This document shows, one piece after another, positions 46,306 to 57,464 of a DNA stretch of 64,000 nucleotides. Source of the DNA: Minisyncoccota bacterium (lineage in GTDB: Bacteria; Patescibacteriota; Minisyncoccia; Phycocordibacterales; CAJBRS01). The stretch is taken from positions 21,654 to 85,653 of the forward strand of contig JADGRH010000002.1 of NCBI GenBank assembly GCA_017881075.1, given 5' to 3'. Below the pieces are notes generated by a model. The model did not search any database. It was not told where the DNA came from and was given only the letters and a program-made list of their open reading frames with translations. The position numbers and the translations under genes were made by a program. Positions within the stretch are counted from its first letter, which is position 1, and each line of letters starts with the position of its first letter.

Positions 46306-47650
46306 TCTCTAAGCGCTTCAAGGTCTCGGTTTTTCCTATCACCGACGCTAAAGTAAACGGATCAGGAGATTTTTCTTGTCCGGAAAGAGCGTAACGCATG
46401 GCCCATAAAACGATTCCCCTCCCCCTCTCTTCAGCGTACGGCCAAATTGTATCTTTTATGATGGATTGGTCAAAATCTTCTTTTAACGGCTCAATTAAAG
46501 CCTTTAAATCGCTTAAAATAGCCTTTATAGAGCTCAAATCCACTACTTTGTCCTTACGGAACTTAGGCGGGCAAAGAAGGCTTTCGGGGGCATATTCCGG
46601 CATTGAGAAAAAATATTGAAGCTCCTCCTTTTCGGCCATTTCCTTGATCTCGCCGAAGGTGGAGATGCGCTCTTTTATCAGAGGCAAAATTTTCGGCAGG
46701 ATCATAGAAAATTTTGCCTCAGTTTTTATCTCTTCCGACAAGTATTTCATGACCTCCATTTCAAATTTATCTTCCGGCATCAATTTCATATGCTCTTTGT
46801 TCAGCCATTTTAATTTAGTGAGATCAAATATCGCTCCGCCTTTTTGTACGGCGCTGAAATCAAATTCCGCTGTTAATTCTTCCATGGTGAACACTTCTTT
46901 GTCCGTGCCGGGGTTCCAGCCGAGAAGTGCAAGATAATTTATCAACGCCTCCGGTAAATACCCCAATTCTCTGTACTCCGTAACGCCGACTGCTCCGTGG
47001 CGGCCGGAGAGTTTGGATCGGTCCGGGGCAAGGATCAATGGAATGTGCGCATAGATCGGTCGCGGTGCGTCGATTGCTTCCTGAATAAGTATTTGTCGTG
47101 GAGTATTTGAAATATGATCATCTCCGCGGATAACATGAGTGACACCCATTTCAAAATCATCCACTACCACGGTAAAGTGATAAAGCGGATCATTGATATT
47201 TCTGGCAATGACAAAATCTTTCAGATCGGTCGTATCAAATTCGATCTCTCCACGCACCAAGTCACTAAACTGGACCTTCTTGTTCGGGTTTTTGAATCGG
47301 ATAACTTCTTTTGAGATTTTAGGATCATTTGGATCAGTCTCTATGGATGTATAAGCAAGACCGGCATCGATAATTTGCTTTAAATATTTTTTATACATTT
47401 CCGTTCTTTCCGATTGACGGAAGGGACCTTGATCGTAGGAGATACCGAGCCAAGCGAGACTTTCAATAATATTATCTTCAAACTTTTTTGTAGAGCGAGC
47501 TTGGTCTGTATCTTCCAGACGAAAGATCATCTCTCCTCCGTTTTTTCGGGTAAAAAGATAGTTAAAAAGGGCCGTGCGAGCCCGACCGATATGAAGAAAT
47601 CCGGTCGGACTCGGCGGAAAACGAGTGATTACTTTACCTTTTTCGGTCAT
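46283..47650 (-). CDS. gltX: glutamate--tRNA ligase
   Basis: RFPPSPTGFLHIG, THVIRGDDH, KLSGR. Confidence 0.97.
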   Translation of the reverse strand: MTEKGKVITRFPPSPTGFLHIGRARTALFNYLFTRKNGGEMIFRLEDTDQARSTKKFEDNIIESLAWLGISYDQGPFRQSERTEMYKKYLKQIIDAGLAYTSIETDPNDPKISKEVIRFKNPNKKVQFSDLVRGEIEFDTTDLKDFVIARNINDPLYHFTVVVDDFEMGVTHVIRGDDHISNTPRQILIQEAIDAPRPIYAHIPLILAPDRSKLSGRHGAVGVTEYRELGYLPEALINYLALLGWNPGTDKEVFTMEELTAEFDFSAVQKGGAIFDLTKLKWLNKEHMKLMPEDKFEMEVMKYLSEEIKTEAKFSMILPKILPLIKERISTFGEIKEMAEKEELQYFFSMPEYAPESLLCPPKFRKDKVVDLSSIKAILSDLKALIEPLKEDFDQSIIKDTIWPYAEERGRGIVLWAMRYALSGQEKSPDPFTLASVIGKTETLKRLENAIQKIK

Positions 47651-47674
47651 AACATCATTATACTCTCAGAATAT

Positions 47675-48805
47675 TTAAACATTTACATGAGCTAAGCCAA
47701 GAGCTATTATCTCCTCAGCGATTTTTTTAGCGGCGTCTTTCTGAGCAAAAGCCTTGGCCGCCTGCTGCATCTTGGAATAGATATTGGTATTGTCAATAAC
47801 CCTATCTATTTCGGAAAGGACAATTTCCGGAGTCATGTTCTCCTGCTCTACTACTATGGCCGCACCCGTGCGCGCATAAGCGTAGGCATTTTTGCGCTGA
47901 TCGTGGCTTATCTTTTCCGGAATAGGAATGACAATGCTCGGCAATCCCCAATTAGCAATCTCAAAAAGAGTTGACCCACTTCTAGATATTACTAGTTTTG
48001 CTACAGCTGCCGACATTCGGAGTGCCAGCTCATTCAAGTATTCATACGGATGATATCGTCCGGACTGAAGACTACTCCCTAGAATAATTTTGGCCCGGCC
48101 AACTACTTCTGCGTAATTGTTTTTACCGGCTTGATGGATTAATTGATATTTTTGGACCAGAGTCGGAAGACAGTCCAGAATAATGTCATTAATTATTTGA
48201 GCTCCTTGCGAGCCACCGAGAATCAGAATGACAGGCAGATTCTCTTCCAGTTTTAAATATTCATAGGCGCCTTCACTCACAGGGTTCAAAAGCTCTGATC
48301 TGATTGGATTACCAGTATAGACCACTTTGTCTTTTGGAAAATGATCAGCCGAATCTTTATAAGAGATAGCTATAGCCTTAGCGAATTTTCCGGCCCAAGC
48401 GTTTACTTTTCCGGGCTCGGCGTCCGATTCGTGAATGATCACCGGAATATGCAGAATCTTGGCGGCAAATAAAACCGGAAAGCTCATGTAGCCACCCTTA
48501 CCGAAGACAACATCCGGATAGATCCAAAACATCTGCCAAGTGGCTTTGACCACTCCCCAACCGGTTTTAAATAGATCAAAAAAATTCATAATTGAATGAT
48601 AACGTCGAACTTTCCCTGCCTGAATCTTACGAAAATCAATATCATGATCAAAAAGAATTCGACCGGAATAAGGAGTGGGCGCCAAGTAATAGATTTTCGC
48701 TTCCAAGAGTTTTCTTTCGCGCATCACCTTTCGGAGCTCCTCGGCCACGGCAATAAGCGGATAGAAATGCCCGCCTGTTCCTCCGCCACATAATACAATT
48801 TTCAT
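47675..48805 (-). CDS. murG: lipid II GlcNAc transferase
   Basis: GGGTGGH, GGY, GNPIR, GGSQGA, Q.KNA. Confidence 0.96.
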   Translation of the reverse strand: MKIVLCGGGTGGHFYPLIAVAEELRKVMRERKLLEAKIYYLAPTPYSGRILFDHDIDFRKIQAGKVRRYHSIMNFFDLFKTGWGVVKATWQMFWIYPDVVFGKGGYMSFPVLFAAKILHIPVIIHESDAEPGKVNAWAGKFAKAIAISYKDSADHFPKDKVVYTGNPIRSELLNPVSEGAYEYLKLEENLPVILILGGSQGAQIINDIILDCLPTLVQKYQLIHQAGKNNYAEVVGRAKIILGSSLQSGRYHPYEYLNELALRMSAAVAKLVISRSGSTLFEIANWGLPSIVIPIPEKISHDQRKNAYAYARTGAAIVVEQENMTPEIVLSEIDRVIDNTNIYSKMQQAAKAFAQKDAAKKIAEEIIALGLAHVNV

Positions 48806-49906
48806 TTATTTGAGATTCTGATATTTAGAAACATTTAGAATGATACCCACTTCGGCCAGAGTAAATAGAAGAGCGGTACCGCCATGACTGATAAAAAGTA
48901 GTGGAATGCCCGAAACTGGTAAAATACCAAGCATTGAGGCGATATTTACAAAAGATTCGGACAGAATAAGTATAACAATTCCGATGACTAAAAGTCTACC
49001 GAACTGATCTGATGTCCGGGTGGCGATTTTCAAGCCACGCAAGGAAAAGAAAAGGTAAAGAATAATAATCAGAATGCTACCAATGAAACCGAATTCTTCG
49101 GCCGCTACGGCAAAAATGGAATCACCGATTGGTTCGGGCAGGAAATTAAATTTTTGAATGCTTTGGCCAAAACCGCGGCCGGTTATTCCGCCCGAGCCGA
49201 CGGCAATTAGTGATTGTTGAATTTGGTAGCCACTTCCTAATGGGTCGCTGGCGGGATGAATAAAGGTAGTAATTCTGTCCATAACATATGGACGCATAAA
49301 GGCCAGCGCTGCAAGGGCAACAATACCAAAAAGAAACAGGATCAAGATGTCTCGCCATCGACACCCGGCCGCAATGAACATGGATAGACCGGCGACGAAA
49401 ATAACCCCAAAGGTGGCTAGGTCTGGTTCAGTCAAGATAAGCAAGCCTGCGATAATGATCAGAATTATGAATGGCAGAAGACCAAATTTGAAGGTATCAA
49501 CCTTATTCTTTACTCCAGAGAGCCAGGCGGCAAAATAAATAACGAAACCAATCTTGAAAATCTCCGAAGGTTGAAGAGAGTAATTACCCAGACCGATCCA
49601 GCGCCTGGCTCCTCCGTGACTAAAGCCCAGATGAGGAATATACAGAAGGAGCATGGCCGCAATTGAGGCGATCAATATAATTAGAGAGTATTTCCGCCAA
49701 AATTTATATGGAATGCGAGAGTTTATAAAACAAGCGATAGTGCCTAAGCCTAGACCAAAAACTAATTGATTTATTAATACGGCACTGAAAGTGTTACTAC
49801 TTCTCGCTAGGAGCCCCAATGAAGCAGAACTAAAAATAAAAAAACCAGCCACTAGTAATATTAGGACAGAGCTTAAAAATGGTTTATCAATTTTTTCTTT
49901 AACCAT
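48806..49906 (-). CDS. ftsW: SEDS peptidoglycan polymerase
   Basis: GARRWI, QPSE, GYQ, LPE..D.IF, ISHGG; located between mraY and murG. Confidence 0.93.
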   Translation of the reverse strand: MVKEKIDKPFLSSVLILLVAGFFIFSSASLGLLARSSNTFSAVLINQLVFGLGLGTIACFINSRIPYKFWRKYSLIILIASIAAMLLLYIPHLGFSHGGARRWIGLGNYSLQPSEIFKIGFVIYFAAWLSGVKNKVDTFKFGLLPFIILIIIAGLLILTEPDLATFGVIFVAGLSMFIAAGCRWRDILILFLFGIVALAALAFMRPYVMDRITTFIHPASDPLGSGYQIQQSLIAVGSGGITGRGFGQSIQKFNFLPEPIGDSIFAVAAEEFGFIGSILIIILYLFFSLRGLKIATRTSDQFGRLLVIGIVILILSESFVNIASMLGILPVSGIPLLFISHGGTALLFTLAEVGIILNVSKYQNLK

Positions 49907-49913
49907 GATCTCT

Positions 49914-50975
49914 TTAGCCGATTAAAGCAATAACAGTGCCAATTAGAGCGAAGACAATGGAAATAATCCAGAAACGCATGGTTACCTTGTACGACGGCCA
50001 ACCCATAGCTTCAAAGTGGTGATGAAGCGGTGCCACTTTAAAAATGCGTTTGTTTAGGAATTTTTTACCCAGCAGTTGAATAATCACTGACAAAGAAGTG
50101 GCAAACAGAGGAAATGCAATAATAGGAAGGACTAAAACGGAATTGGTCAGGAAGGCAATTATGGAAAGTGTGACCGTCAGAGCCAGTATGCCAGTCTCTC
50201 CCATGTAAAAACGGGCGGGTGGGATGTTGAACCACAGAAAAGCTAATATTCCTCCGACTATCACGGCACAGAAAGCGGCCAAGTCAATTTGATTGTGCAT
50301 AAAAGCAATCAGCATGTACGCACTAAAAGAAGAAGCCATCACTCCACCGGACAAACCATCAATACCGTCAATTACCGAACCGGAGAACACCCCCAGCATG
50401 ACTATAATGAAAAATGGAATGAAAAGCAGGCCGAGATCAATATTGCCGACAAATGGAATATGTAGTCCCAAGTTCCCCAGTTTGAAAACAAACCACCATG
50501 CTCCGATTGAGCCAATAAACAATACGATTAATACTCTCAATTTTCGATTCAGACCATCACTCAATTCGGCCTTTTTGCTATAGATCTGGATCATGTCATC
50601 AACCAACCCGATGATGGCGGCAAAAATTAAAGTAAAGAGTGGTAAAAGAGTCTGATTCTTGCTGAGAAAATTCAATTTTATATTAAAATCAGTCGGTATT
50701 AAAAAAGAATTGAGCGAAATGAGGAGTATGGTAATTAATACTGAAAGCCAGATAATCACTCCCCCAATCCTCGGAGTGGATATCTCGCCGGTATGGTTGT
50801 GAATTTGTTGGAAGGCTGGAGTGACATAATCTTTATTATCAACACTCCGGGAGCGATTCTTCCACATCTTTCTCTTATAAAACACATTGCTTAAGCTGGG
50901 TGTAATGGCAAGACCGACGATGAAGGCAATAACGGCAGGGATAAAAACTTTAATGACGGAAAGGGTCATAGACAA
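49914..50975 (-). CDS. mraY: phospho-MurNAc-pentapeptide transferase
   Basis: TPRIGG, DD, DGIDGL, FYMGETG, APLHHHFE. Confidence 0.95.
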   Translation of the reverse strand: MSMTLSVIKVFIPAVIAFIVGLAITPSLSNVFYKRKMWKNRSRSVDNKDYVTPAFQQIHNHTGEISTPRIGGVIIWLSVLITILLISLNSFLIPTDFNIKLNFLSKNQTLLPLFTLIFAAIIGLVDDMIQIYSKKAELSDGLNRKLRVLIVLFIGSIGAWWFVFKLGNLGLHIPFVGNIDLGLLFIPFFIIVMLGVFSGSVIDGIDGLSGGVMASSFSAYMLIAFMHNQIDLAAFCAVIVGGILAFLWFNIPPARFYMGETGILALTVTLSIIAFLTNSVLVLPIIAFPLFATSLSVIIQLLGKKFLNKRIFKVAPLHHHFEAMGWPSYKVTMRFWIISIVFALIGTVIALIG

Positions 50976-50986
50976 AATATATCATT

Positions 50987-51916
50987 TTACTGGCTCAAAA
51001 TATAGGCAGAAGTTGAAGAAGCGAGAGTAATGACGTCAGCGAAGCGACCACTCACACTTGAGCCGAGAATAGTGATAATCACAGGATGATTAAAGCCTGG
51101 GTCATAGGCAATCACCAGGTTACCACCGGCAAGTTTGGTAAAGCCCGTCTTGGAAGCAATGATGTGGGAAATCTGGGTAATGGCCTCATCTGTGTTGGTA
51201 AGATAGTAGGCGGTGCCATCATCAGAAGTTAATTTAAATTTTCTATACTTAGTTATTTCTAAAAGGTTTTGGTGGTTTTTAATCAGATTTTCAAAAAGCA
51301 TACTGACATCGCGAGCCGAACCTACTCCCCCGGCTGTGCCAGGATCAATATCTAAACCGCTTTCGTTTTCGAAATGCAAGGTCGGAAGGTTTAGAGTCGC
51401 CGCCTCCGCATTCATCTTTTGAATAAATGCCTTGTCACTCTCGCCGGCGGCCAAAGCGATGGCGTTCGCCCCATCATTTGAAGAAACAAGCAAGGTAAAG
51501 TCCAGAAGATCTTTGAATTTCCACTTTTGATCGATTATTAGGCCATTATCCCCTTCCATTGCCAGAGAGGAACTGCCAATAGTGACAATTTTATCAGGAA
51601 ATAATATTTCTGATGAAACCAAGGCGGTCATCAGTTTGGTTAATGAGGCCAGTGGTAGAGGTAGATTTTCATTCTTAGCGAACAAGACTTGGTCATTAGT
51701 TAGATCCAAAACATAGGCGGCCGCGGCTTCTATCTGCACGCCGGCGAAGGCGTGTTCTAGTCGGGCCGCGGCTACCCTCTCTGTCGAAGAAGCAGTATCA
51801 TTTTTTGTTTCAGTACCAGATTTTTGAATAGGTAAATAGGAAATGACAAAAAAAAGTCCAAAGAGCACAAGGACAATAATGCCAATCTTTAAATGTAATC
51901 TACGATCCCCGTTCAT
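50987..51916 (-). CDS. S11 D-Ala-D-Ala carboxypeptidase
   Basis: ASLTKLMT, SSND, KTGFT. Confidence 0.92.
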   Translation of the reverse strand: MNGDRRLHLKIGIIVLVLFGLFFVISYLPIQKSGTETKNDTASSTERVAAARLEHAFAGVQIEAAAAYVLDLTNDQVLFAKNENLPLPLASLTKLMTALVSSEILFPDKIVTIGSSSLAMEGDNGLIIDQKWKFKDLLDFTLLVSSNDGANAIALAAGESDKAFIQKMNAEAATLNLPTLHFENESGLDIDPGTAGGVGSARDVSMLFENLIKNHQNLLEITKYRKFKLTSDDGTAYYLTNTDEAITQISHIIASKTGFTKLAGGNLVIAYDPGFNHPVIITILGSSVSGRFADVITLASSTSAYILSQ

Positions 51917-52472
51917 TGTTTGTTTCTTCCTGATTTTCTTTATCGGCTATTTCTTTTTGAAATTGATTCAACTTAAGAATAACCTCGGCATAGGCCGGTG
52001 CCTCCTCTGCTTTTTTCATGCCTAGATATGAAAATAATTCAAAGGTTGGTTTATAGAGAAAGCTTCTCTCGTCGGCCGGGTTTGTCACTCTTTCCACAAG
52101 ACCTCTGATCATTAAATGTCTCAAAATAAAGGTGGAATTTACCCCTCGAATGAAATCTATTTCACGTCTTGAAATTGGACCTTTATAGAGCACAACCGAC
52201 AAAGTTTCAAGACCGGCTTTTCCCAAATCTTTGCTCAACTCCTCCTTGGTCAGGTCCTCAATTAGTTTTCCGATTTCAGCCGATGTGCCGAGCATTACCT
52301 CATCTTCTTTTCTGATTAGCGCTACCCCCCTATTAGAAAGATTATTTTCCAGTTCCTTCAAAGCCTCCTCAATATTTGTTTTCTGACATTTCAGAATGTC
52401 GGCGAGCCGGGAGATCTTAACCGGCTCGCCTTTCCAGAACAGTATTGCTTCAATTTTTGATTCTAGTGTCAT
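51900..52472 (-). CDS. scpB: SMC-Scp complex subunit ScpB
   Basis: IEAILF, LETLS, IRGVNS. Confidence 0.94.
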   Translation of the reverse strand: MTLESKIEAILFWKGEPVKISRLADILKCQKTNIEEALKELENNLSNRGVALIRKEDEVMLGTSAEIGKLIEDLTKEELSKDLGKAGLETLSVVLYKGPISRREIDFIRGVNSTFILRHLMIRGLVERVTNPADERSFLYKPTFELFSYLGMKKAEEAPAYAEVILKLNQFQKEIADKENQEETNNERGS

Positions 52473-52473
52473 A

Positions 52474-53211
52474 TTAATTATATTTCGGTAAATCCACCTT
52501 CTCCGTCTCCATCTGAATGTCATCAAAAAGAGCATGTTGACTGACGCTGATCACTCCTTGCTTTACTAATTCCAACATGGCCAGGAAGCTGACAATGACA
52601 TTCACTTTTTCATCTTTACCTATCTTAGAAAATTCTCGGAAGCTCATTTTCAGTGCTGATTTGATTCGTGATGTTAAACTGACGATCATTTCTTCAAGAC
52701 TAATCACTTTTTGCACTACTGTTTTTGGCAAAATCTCAAATTTAGGCAGATTTTTCAGAATACTTTCGATAGCCGCCGAGAGTTTTGATATAGACAAATC
52801 TTCAGCCGGAGAAAATACTGGGTCAATGATTTTTGAAGTTGATTTCGGGAAGATGATACGCTTGCCAAAATGCTCTCGCAAGCCGACCGTGGCATCCTTT
52901 AATATTTTGTAGACTCTCAATCGCTCCTGAAGTTCTTCTATACTCAGTTTTTCTTCCTCGGTTAGGTCAAGGGCTGGGAGGAGCGACTTAGATTTGATCA
53001 ATAGAAGTGTTGAGGCAACCAAGATGAAATTAGCGCTCTCTGGAATGGAAAAATTCCCTATCTTCTTCAGATATTCTAGAAAATCATCCGTCACTTTAGA
53101 CAGAGAAATATCATTAATAAATAGTTTCCTTTTTTCTATCAAACTTAAAAGAAGGTCCAACGGGCCTTCAAATTGTTCAGTTTTTACCGCAAAAGCACTC
53201 TTTTGATCCAT
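52474..53211 (-). CDS. scpA: segregation/condensation protein A
   Basis: FEGPLDLLL, FLAMLELVK. Confidence 0.95.
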   Translation of the reverse strand: MDQKSAFAVKTEQFEGPLDLLLSLIEKRKLFINDISLSKVTDDFLEYLKKIGNFSIPESANFILVASTLLLIKSKSLLPALDLTEEEKLSIEELQERLRVYKILKDATVGLREHFGKRIIFPKSTSKIIDPVFSPAEDLSISKLSAAIESILKNLPKFEILPKTVVQKVISLEEMIVSLTSRIKSALKMSFREFSKIGKDEKVNVIVSFLAMLELVKQGVISVSQHALFDDIQMETEKVDLPKYN

Positions 53212-53225
53212 ACCTTTATTATATA

Positions 53226-55046
53226 TTAAGGCTGTTCTTCTTCCACCTTCCCCTCCACCGGCTCTGAATCTTCCTCCACCATGAATCCACCAGCCTGGAG
53301 ATTCCAGAGCTTGCTGTAAAGGCCATTTTGGAGTTCAAGGAGTGATTGGTGAGTACCTTCTTCTACAATCTGACCATCTTCAATTACCACAATACGATCC
53401 ATCTTTTGAATAGTTGAAAGTCTGTGGGCGATGACAATAGTTGTTTTACCCTTCATCAATTTCTCCAAAGCATCCTGAATCAAAGATTCTGAATGTGAAT
53501 CAAGACTTGACGTTGCTTCGTCCAAAATAAGAATCGGAGCATTTTTGAGAATAGCTCGGGCAATGGCCACACGCTGGCGTTCACCACCGGAAAGTTTAAT
53601 TCCCCGCTCCCCGACAAAGGTGTCATATCTTTTTGGTAGATTCTCTATGAATTCATCACAGTGAGCTTGTCGTGCTGCCTCAATCACTTGTTCGTCGCTT
53701 GCCTCTCTCCGACCGTAACGAATATTCTCCATTAATGTTCGATGAAAGAGAATCGGATCTTGCGGTACCAAACTAACATTTTCATGAAGACTATCTTGTT
53801 TTACTTTCTGAATATCCTGGCCGTCTATGAGAATTTTGCCTTCCACTACGTTATGAAGGCGGAGAAGTAATCTAACGAAAGTGGACTTTCCACCTCCAGA
53901 CGGACCAATAATACCCACTTTCTCTCCGCCCCTAATGACTAAATTGATATTTTTTAACACCTGCCGATTTTCATTAAAGCGGAAACTGACATCTTCAAAT
54001 TTTACTTCACCACTATTTATTTTTAGTTCCTTAGCATTAGGTATGTCTTTGATCTCATGTGGTAATTCCAATATTTCTATCATCTCTTTGGCGTCGGCAT
54101 ACCCCTCGTAGAAATCTCGGATGACTCGACTGAAATCCCACATTCGATAACCCAGACCAAGGATATAAGTTTCAAATAAGACAAATGTTCCTAAGCTTAT
54201 CTCTCCCCTCGCCCACAATCTGATGGAAAAATAGAAAAGAAAAAATTCCATGAGTAACATCAACAAGGCCTGAAGGCCCTCCATGACCGAATCTAAATTT
54301 GCCACAAAAAGACCAATTCTCAATTGATTGTTAGTAACATCTACATACCTTTGATTTTCTACTTTCTGTCCAGTAAAAAGCTGAATAGTGTTGTGATTGG
54401 TTATATTATCAGCAAGAACAGCTGAGGCTTTGGTGTCTGCTGCTGCTTTTTCCAAACTATATTTCAACTTAAATTTAGCAAAGAAATAATTGAAATTAAG
54501 AAAAACAATCAACCAAGCAAGCATTACCCAGCCAATAGTCAGATTGATGGTAAAAACGATGATCGTGGTTCCAACAATACGAATACTGAGCGGAATGACG
54601 TTGAAACTAATACGATCAGACAGCCTTTCGTAGGCTCGAGCCAAACGGCCAATCTTTTGAGTCAGTGAACCGGTAAAGTTATTTGCAAAGAAAGTATATG
54701 AGTGATCAATCAGATATTCAAAAGAGTTCTGTTTCAGTTTGGTGGAACCGACATTATCAAATCGATCAGCTCCATAGACGCCAATCCGAGCAGCCAACCA
54801 TGAAGCCGTGTGAAGGAGCAAGATAATGAAGATTATTTTAGACAGAGCAAGAACAGCGACAGTTTTATCCTGTGCGCTTGCCAAAATATTGAAAAAATCT
54901 CTATACTGCAGGGGAACAAAGATGTCAAAGACAGTTGGAACAATGGCTCCAAACAAGGTCAAAACAAGCAAAAATCGCACGGATTTGACCACCCGCCAAA
55001 ATGAGAGCCATACCTCTCTTATTCCTACTTTTGGGTATTTTTGCAT
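53226..55046 (-). CDS. ABC exporter, fused permease/ATPase
   Basis: TM domain, GPSGGGKS, LSGGERQR, LDEATS. Confidence 0.94.
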   Translation of the reverse strand: MQKYPKVGIREVWLSFWRVVKSVRFLLVLTLFGAIVPTVFDIFVPLQYRDFFNILASAQDKTVAVLALSKIIFIILLLHTASWLAARIGVYGADRFDNVGSTKLKQNSFEYLIDHSYTFFANNFTGSLTQKIGRLARAYERLSDRISFNVIPLSIRIVGTTIIVFTINLTIGWVMLAWLIVFLNFNYFFAKFKLKYSLEKAAADTKASAVLADNITNHNTIQLFTGQKVENQRYVDVTNNQLRIGLFVANLDSVMEGLQALLMLLMEFFLFYFSIRLWARGEISLGTFVLFETYILGLGYRMWDFSRVIRDFYEGYADAKEMIEILELPHEIKDIPNAKELKINSGEVKFEDVSFRFNENRQVLKNINLVIRGGEKVGIIGPSGGGKSTFVRLLLRLHNVVEGKILIDGQDIQKVKQDSLHENVSLVPQDPILFHRTLMENIRYGRREASDEQVIEAARQAHCDEFIENLPKRYDTFVGERGIKLSGGERQRVAIARAILKNAPILILDEATSSLDSHSESLIQDALEKLMKGKTTIVIAHRLSTIQKMDRIVVIEDGQIVEEGTHQSLLELQNGLYSKLWNLQAGGFMVEEDSEPVEGKVEEEQP

Positions 55047-55114
55047 ATTAATAGACAACAAAAACCAGGATTGGTGCCTGGATTAGGCTAATTTTAGCAT
55101 ACTTTCAGGTCTTT

Positions 55115-56413
55115 TTAAGGATTTAAGCGTTTTACGTCTCGAGGTAGATAGGTTGCTTCACGTACGTTTGGAAGATCAAGCAGTTTCATTATCAATCTTC
55201 CCGGTCCAATACCAGCCCCTCCATGTGGCGGGCAGCCCCATTTGAAAAAGTTTAAGTAGTCTGCCAACGGTTCCAGTTTCATTCCTTTTTCTAAAGCTTG
55301 TTTTTCCAAAATATCCGAACGGTGTTCTCGCTGAGCCATAGTAGTTACTTCTATTCCTCGATAGAGAAGATCGGCTCTTTTTGATCGATCGTTGTCATTT
55401 GGCAAACGCATATGATAGAAAGCGCTTTTCGATTTGTGATAATCAGTGATGAAGACGAAGTCATGATTTTCAGATTCTTTAATATATTCTGAGATCGCTC
55501 GTTCTTCTTCCGGCGAGAGGTCATGTTCTTCTGGCGAATCTATTTTTTTATCCGTCAGTATTTTTTTAGCTTCAACCATTGTGATTCTTGGAAATGGCCG
55601 TGCTGGAACGCTGATGTTTAATTCAGGAAATTTCTTTGATACTGCACTGAAAGCAGAGACTAGCATTCCCTCTTCAATATCCATCAGATCGTGATGTGAT
55701 TCAATGAAGGAAACCTCGAAATCCCAACCTGTGAATTCAGTCATGTGGCGGGTGGTAAAAGATTCTTCCGCTCGAAAAACCGGCCCCACCATGAAGACTT
55801 TTTCAAAACCGGAAGCCATGGCCATTTGCTTGTAGAATTGCGGGGACTGAGCAAGGTATGCTTTACGATCAAAATATTTTACTTCGAACACGTCTGCCCC
55901 GCTTTCTGATGGAGTGCTCATGAATGCTGGAGTATAGACTTGAATGAAATCGTTTCCTAGAAAATACTCTCGCATTCCCTTTTCAAATTCTGTCCAGACC
56001 TTAAAAATCTTAGCCTTTTCGGGTTTTCGAAGATCGAGCCATCGATAATCAAAACGAATCGGTGCCTCTGTCTCTTCCCCACCTTTTTTCGCTGCTATTG
56101 GTATTGGTAATTCGGGCAAGGCCTTAGACACAATCTCTATTGAATTGGGTGTTATTTCTGCTCCTCCTGGCGCATTTTTTTCCTCCTTCACTTTTCCTGA
56201 GACGTAGACTACTGACTCGAGAGAAAGTTCGCCAAGCTTTTCAAATACCGGAGAGTCTGCAGTAACGACAATTTGAGCAGTGCCGGAAATATCACGCAAT
56301 ATTAAAAAAGCGATTTTACTTTGTAGGCGTAAAGTATGAACAAAACCTTTTAAAAGGACTTCTTTTCCAATGTTTTCTGACAACTCTTTTGTTTTAATAT
56401 AATTTTCTTTCAT
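55115..56413 (-). CDS. aspS: aspartate--tRNA(Asp/Asn) ligase, short non-discriminating type
   Basis: LAQSPQFYKQ, FRAE, PPHGG.G.G; no GAD insertion. Confidence 0.92.
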   Translation of the reverse strand: MKENYIKTKELSENIGKEVLLKGFVHTLRLQSKIAFLILRDISGTAQIVVTADSPVFEKLGELSLESVVYVSGKVKEEKNAPGGAEITPNSIEIVSKALPELPIPIAAKKGGEETEAPIRFDYRWLDLRKPEKAKIFKVWTEFEKGMREYFLGNDFIQVYTPAFMSTPSESGADVFEVKYFDRKAYLAQSPQFYKQMAMASGFEKVFMVGPVFRAEESFTTRHMTEFTGWDFEVSFIESHHDLMDIEEGMLVSAFSAVSKKFPELNISVPARPFPRITMVEAKKILTDKKIDSPEEHDLSPEEERAISEYIKESENHDFVFITDYHKSKSAFYHMRLPNDNDRSKRADLLYRGIEVTTMAQREHRSDILEKQALEKGMKLEPLADYLNFFKWGCPPHGGAGIGPGRLIMKLLDLPNVREATYLPRDVKRLNP

Positions 56414-57370
56414 TTAATACAATTTTACCCCGATCTTTTCCCGAACGATCTGCATTTTGGCTTCGGCTCGTTCGCGGGCTCTTTTCCCTCCTTCTTTTAA
56501 TATTTTTAATACATCATCCTTACGATTCTCCCACCCTTTTCGTTTTTCACGAAGGGGGGTGATAAATGAGATTAAGTCAGTGGCCAAAGCCTCTTTTAAT
56601 ATCTGATACTTTCCTTTGTTTTCTGAATAAAGCTTCTCAATTTCTTCCGTATTCTTAAATAGTGAGTGTATGTCTTTTACATTTGTTGGGGTGTCGCTGG
56701 AAGAGTCGGTGACAATGCTCATTACCGCCTTTCTGATCTCATCATCTTCAGCAAAAAGAGGAATAGTATTATTGTAGCTCTTACTCATCTTTTGACCGTC
56801 GGTACCGGGAACGGTTTGGACATTTTTCAAGATAAGTGGTTCCGGTAATTTGAACACTTCTCCAAAGATGCGATTGAATTTTTCTGCTGTATCCCGGGCG
56901 ATCTCCACGTGTTGTTTCTGATCAAGACCAATCGGCACAACATCAGGATCATAAAGCAAAATATCTGCCGCCATAAGCATCGGATAATTAAACATACCGA
57001 CATTAATCTCCTTATTCTTTGCTTCCGCATCTTTAAAAGCATGTGCTCTCATCAGATATGGCATAGTGGTCAGGCAATTAAATATCCAACCTAGCTCTGT
57101 TACTTCTGGAGTGTCGGACTGTTTGTATAAAGTCACTTTAGTCGGATCAAGTCCGATAGCTAGGTAATCAATAGCTAAATTAACAATATTGTCCGATAAC
57201 TCTTTCGCATTCTGGATCTTTGTTAGGGCGTGAAGATCGGCGATAAAAATATAACAATCGTAATCATTCTGAAGATCCACAAATTGCTTCATTGCCCCGA
57301 AATAATTGCCAATATGAGGCCGTCCGGATGGTTGAAGACCGGATACCATTATCTTTTTTCCTGAAGTCAT
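56414..57370 (-). CDS. trpS: tryptophan--tRNA ligase
   Basis: HIGNY, YPMLMAADIL, DQKQH, KMSKS. Confidence 0.97.
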   Translation of the reverse strand: MTSGKKIMVSGLQPSGRPHIGNYFGAMKQFVDLQNDYDCYIFIADLHALTKIQNAKELSDNIVNLAIDYLAIGLDPTKVTLYKQSDTPEVTELGWIFNCLTTMPYLMRAHAFKDAEAKNKEINVGMFNYPMLMAADILLYDPDVVPIGLDQKQHVEIARDTAEKFNRIFGEVFKLPEPLILKNVQTVPGTDGQKMSKSYNNTIPLFAEDDEIRKAVMSIVTDSSSDTPTNVKDIHSLFKNTEEIEKLYSENKGKYQILKEALATDLISFITPLREKRKGWENRKDDVLKILKEGGKRARERAEAKMQIVREKIGVKLY

Positions 57371-57464
57371 TGGCTAAATAATAGCAAAAAATGCCTTTAA
57401 TTGAAATAAAATAGCCGCTCAGCTCCGATTTCCTCTGGAGACAATTCAGACATATAATGAGGGA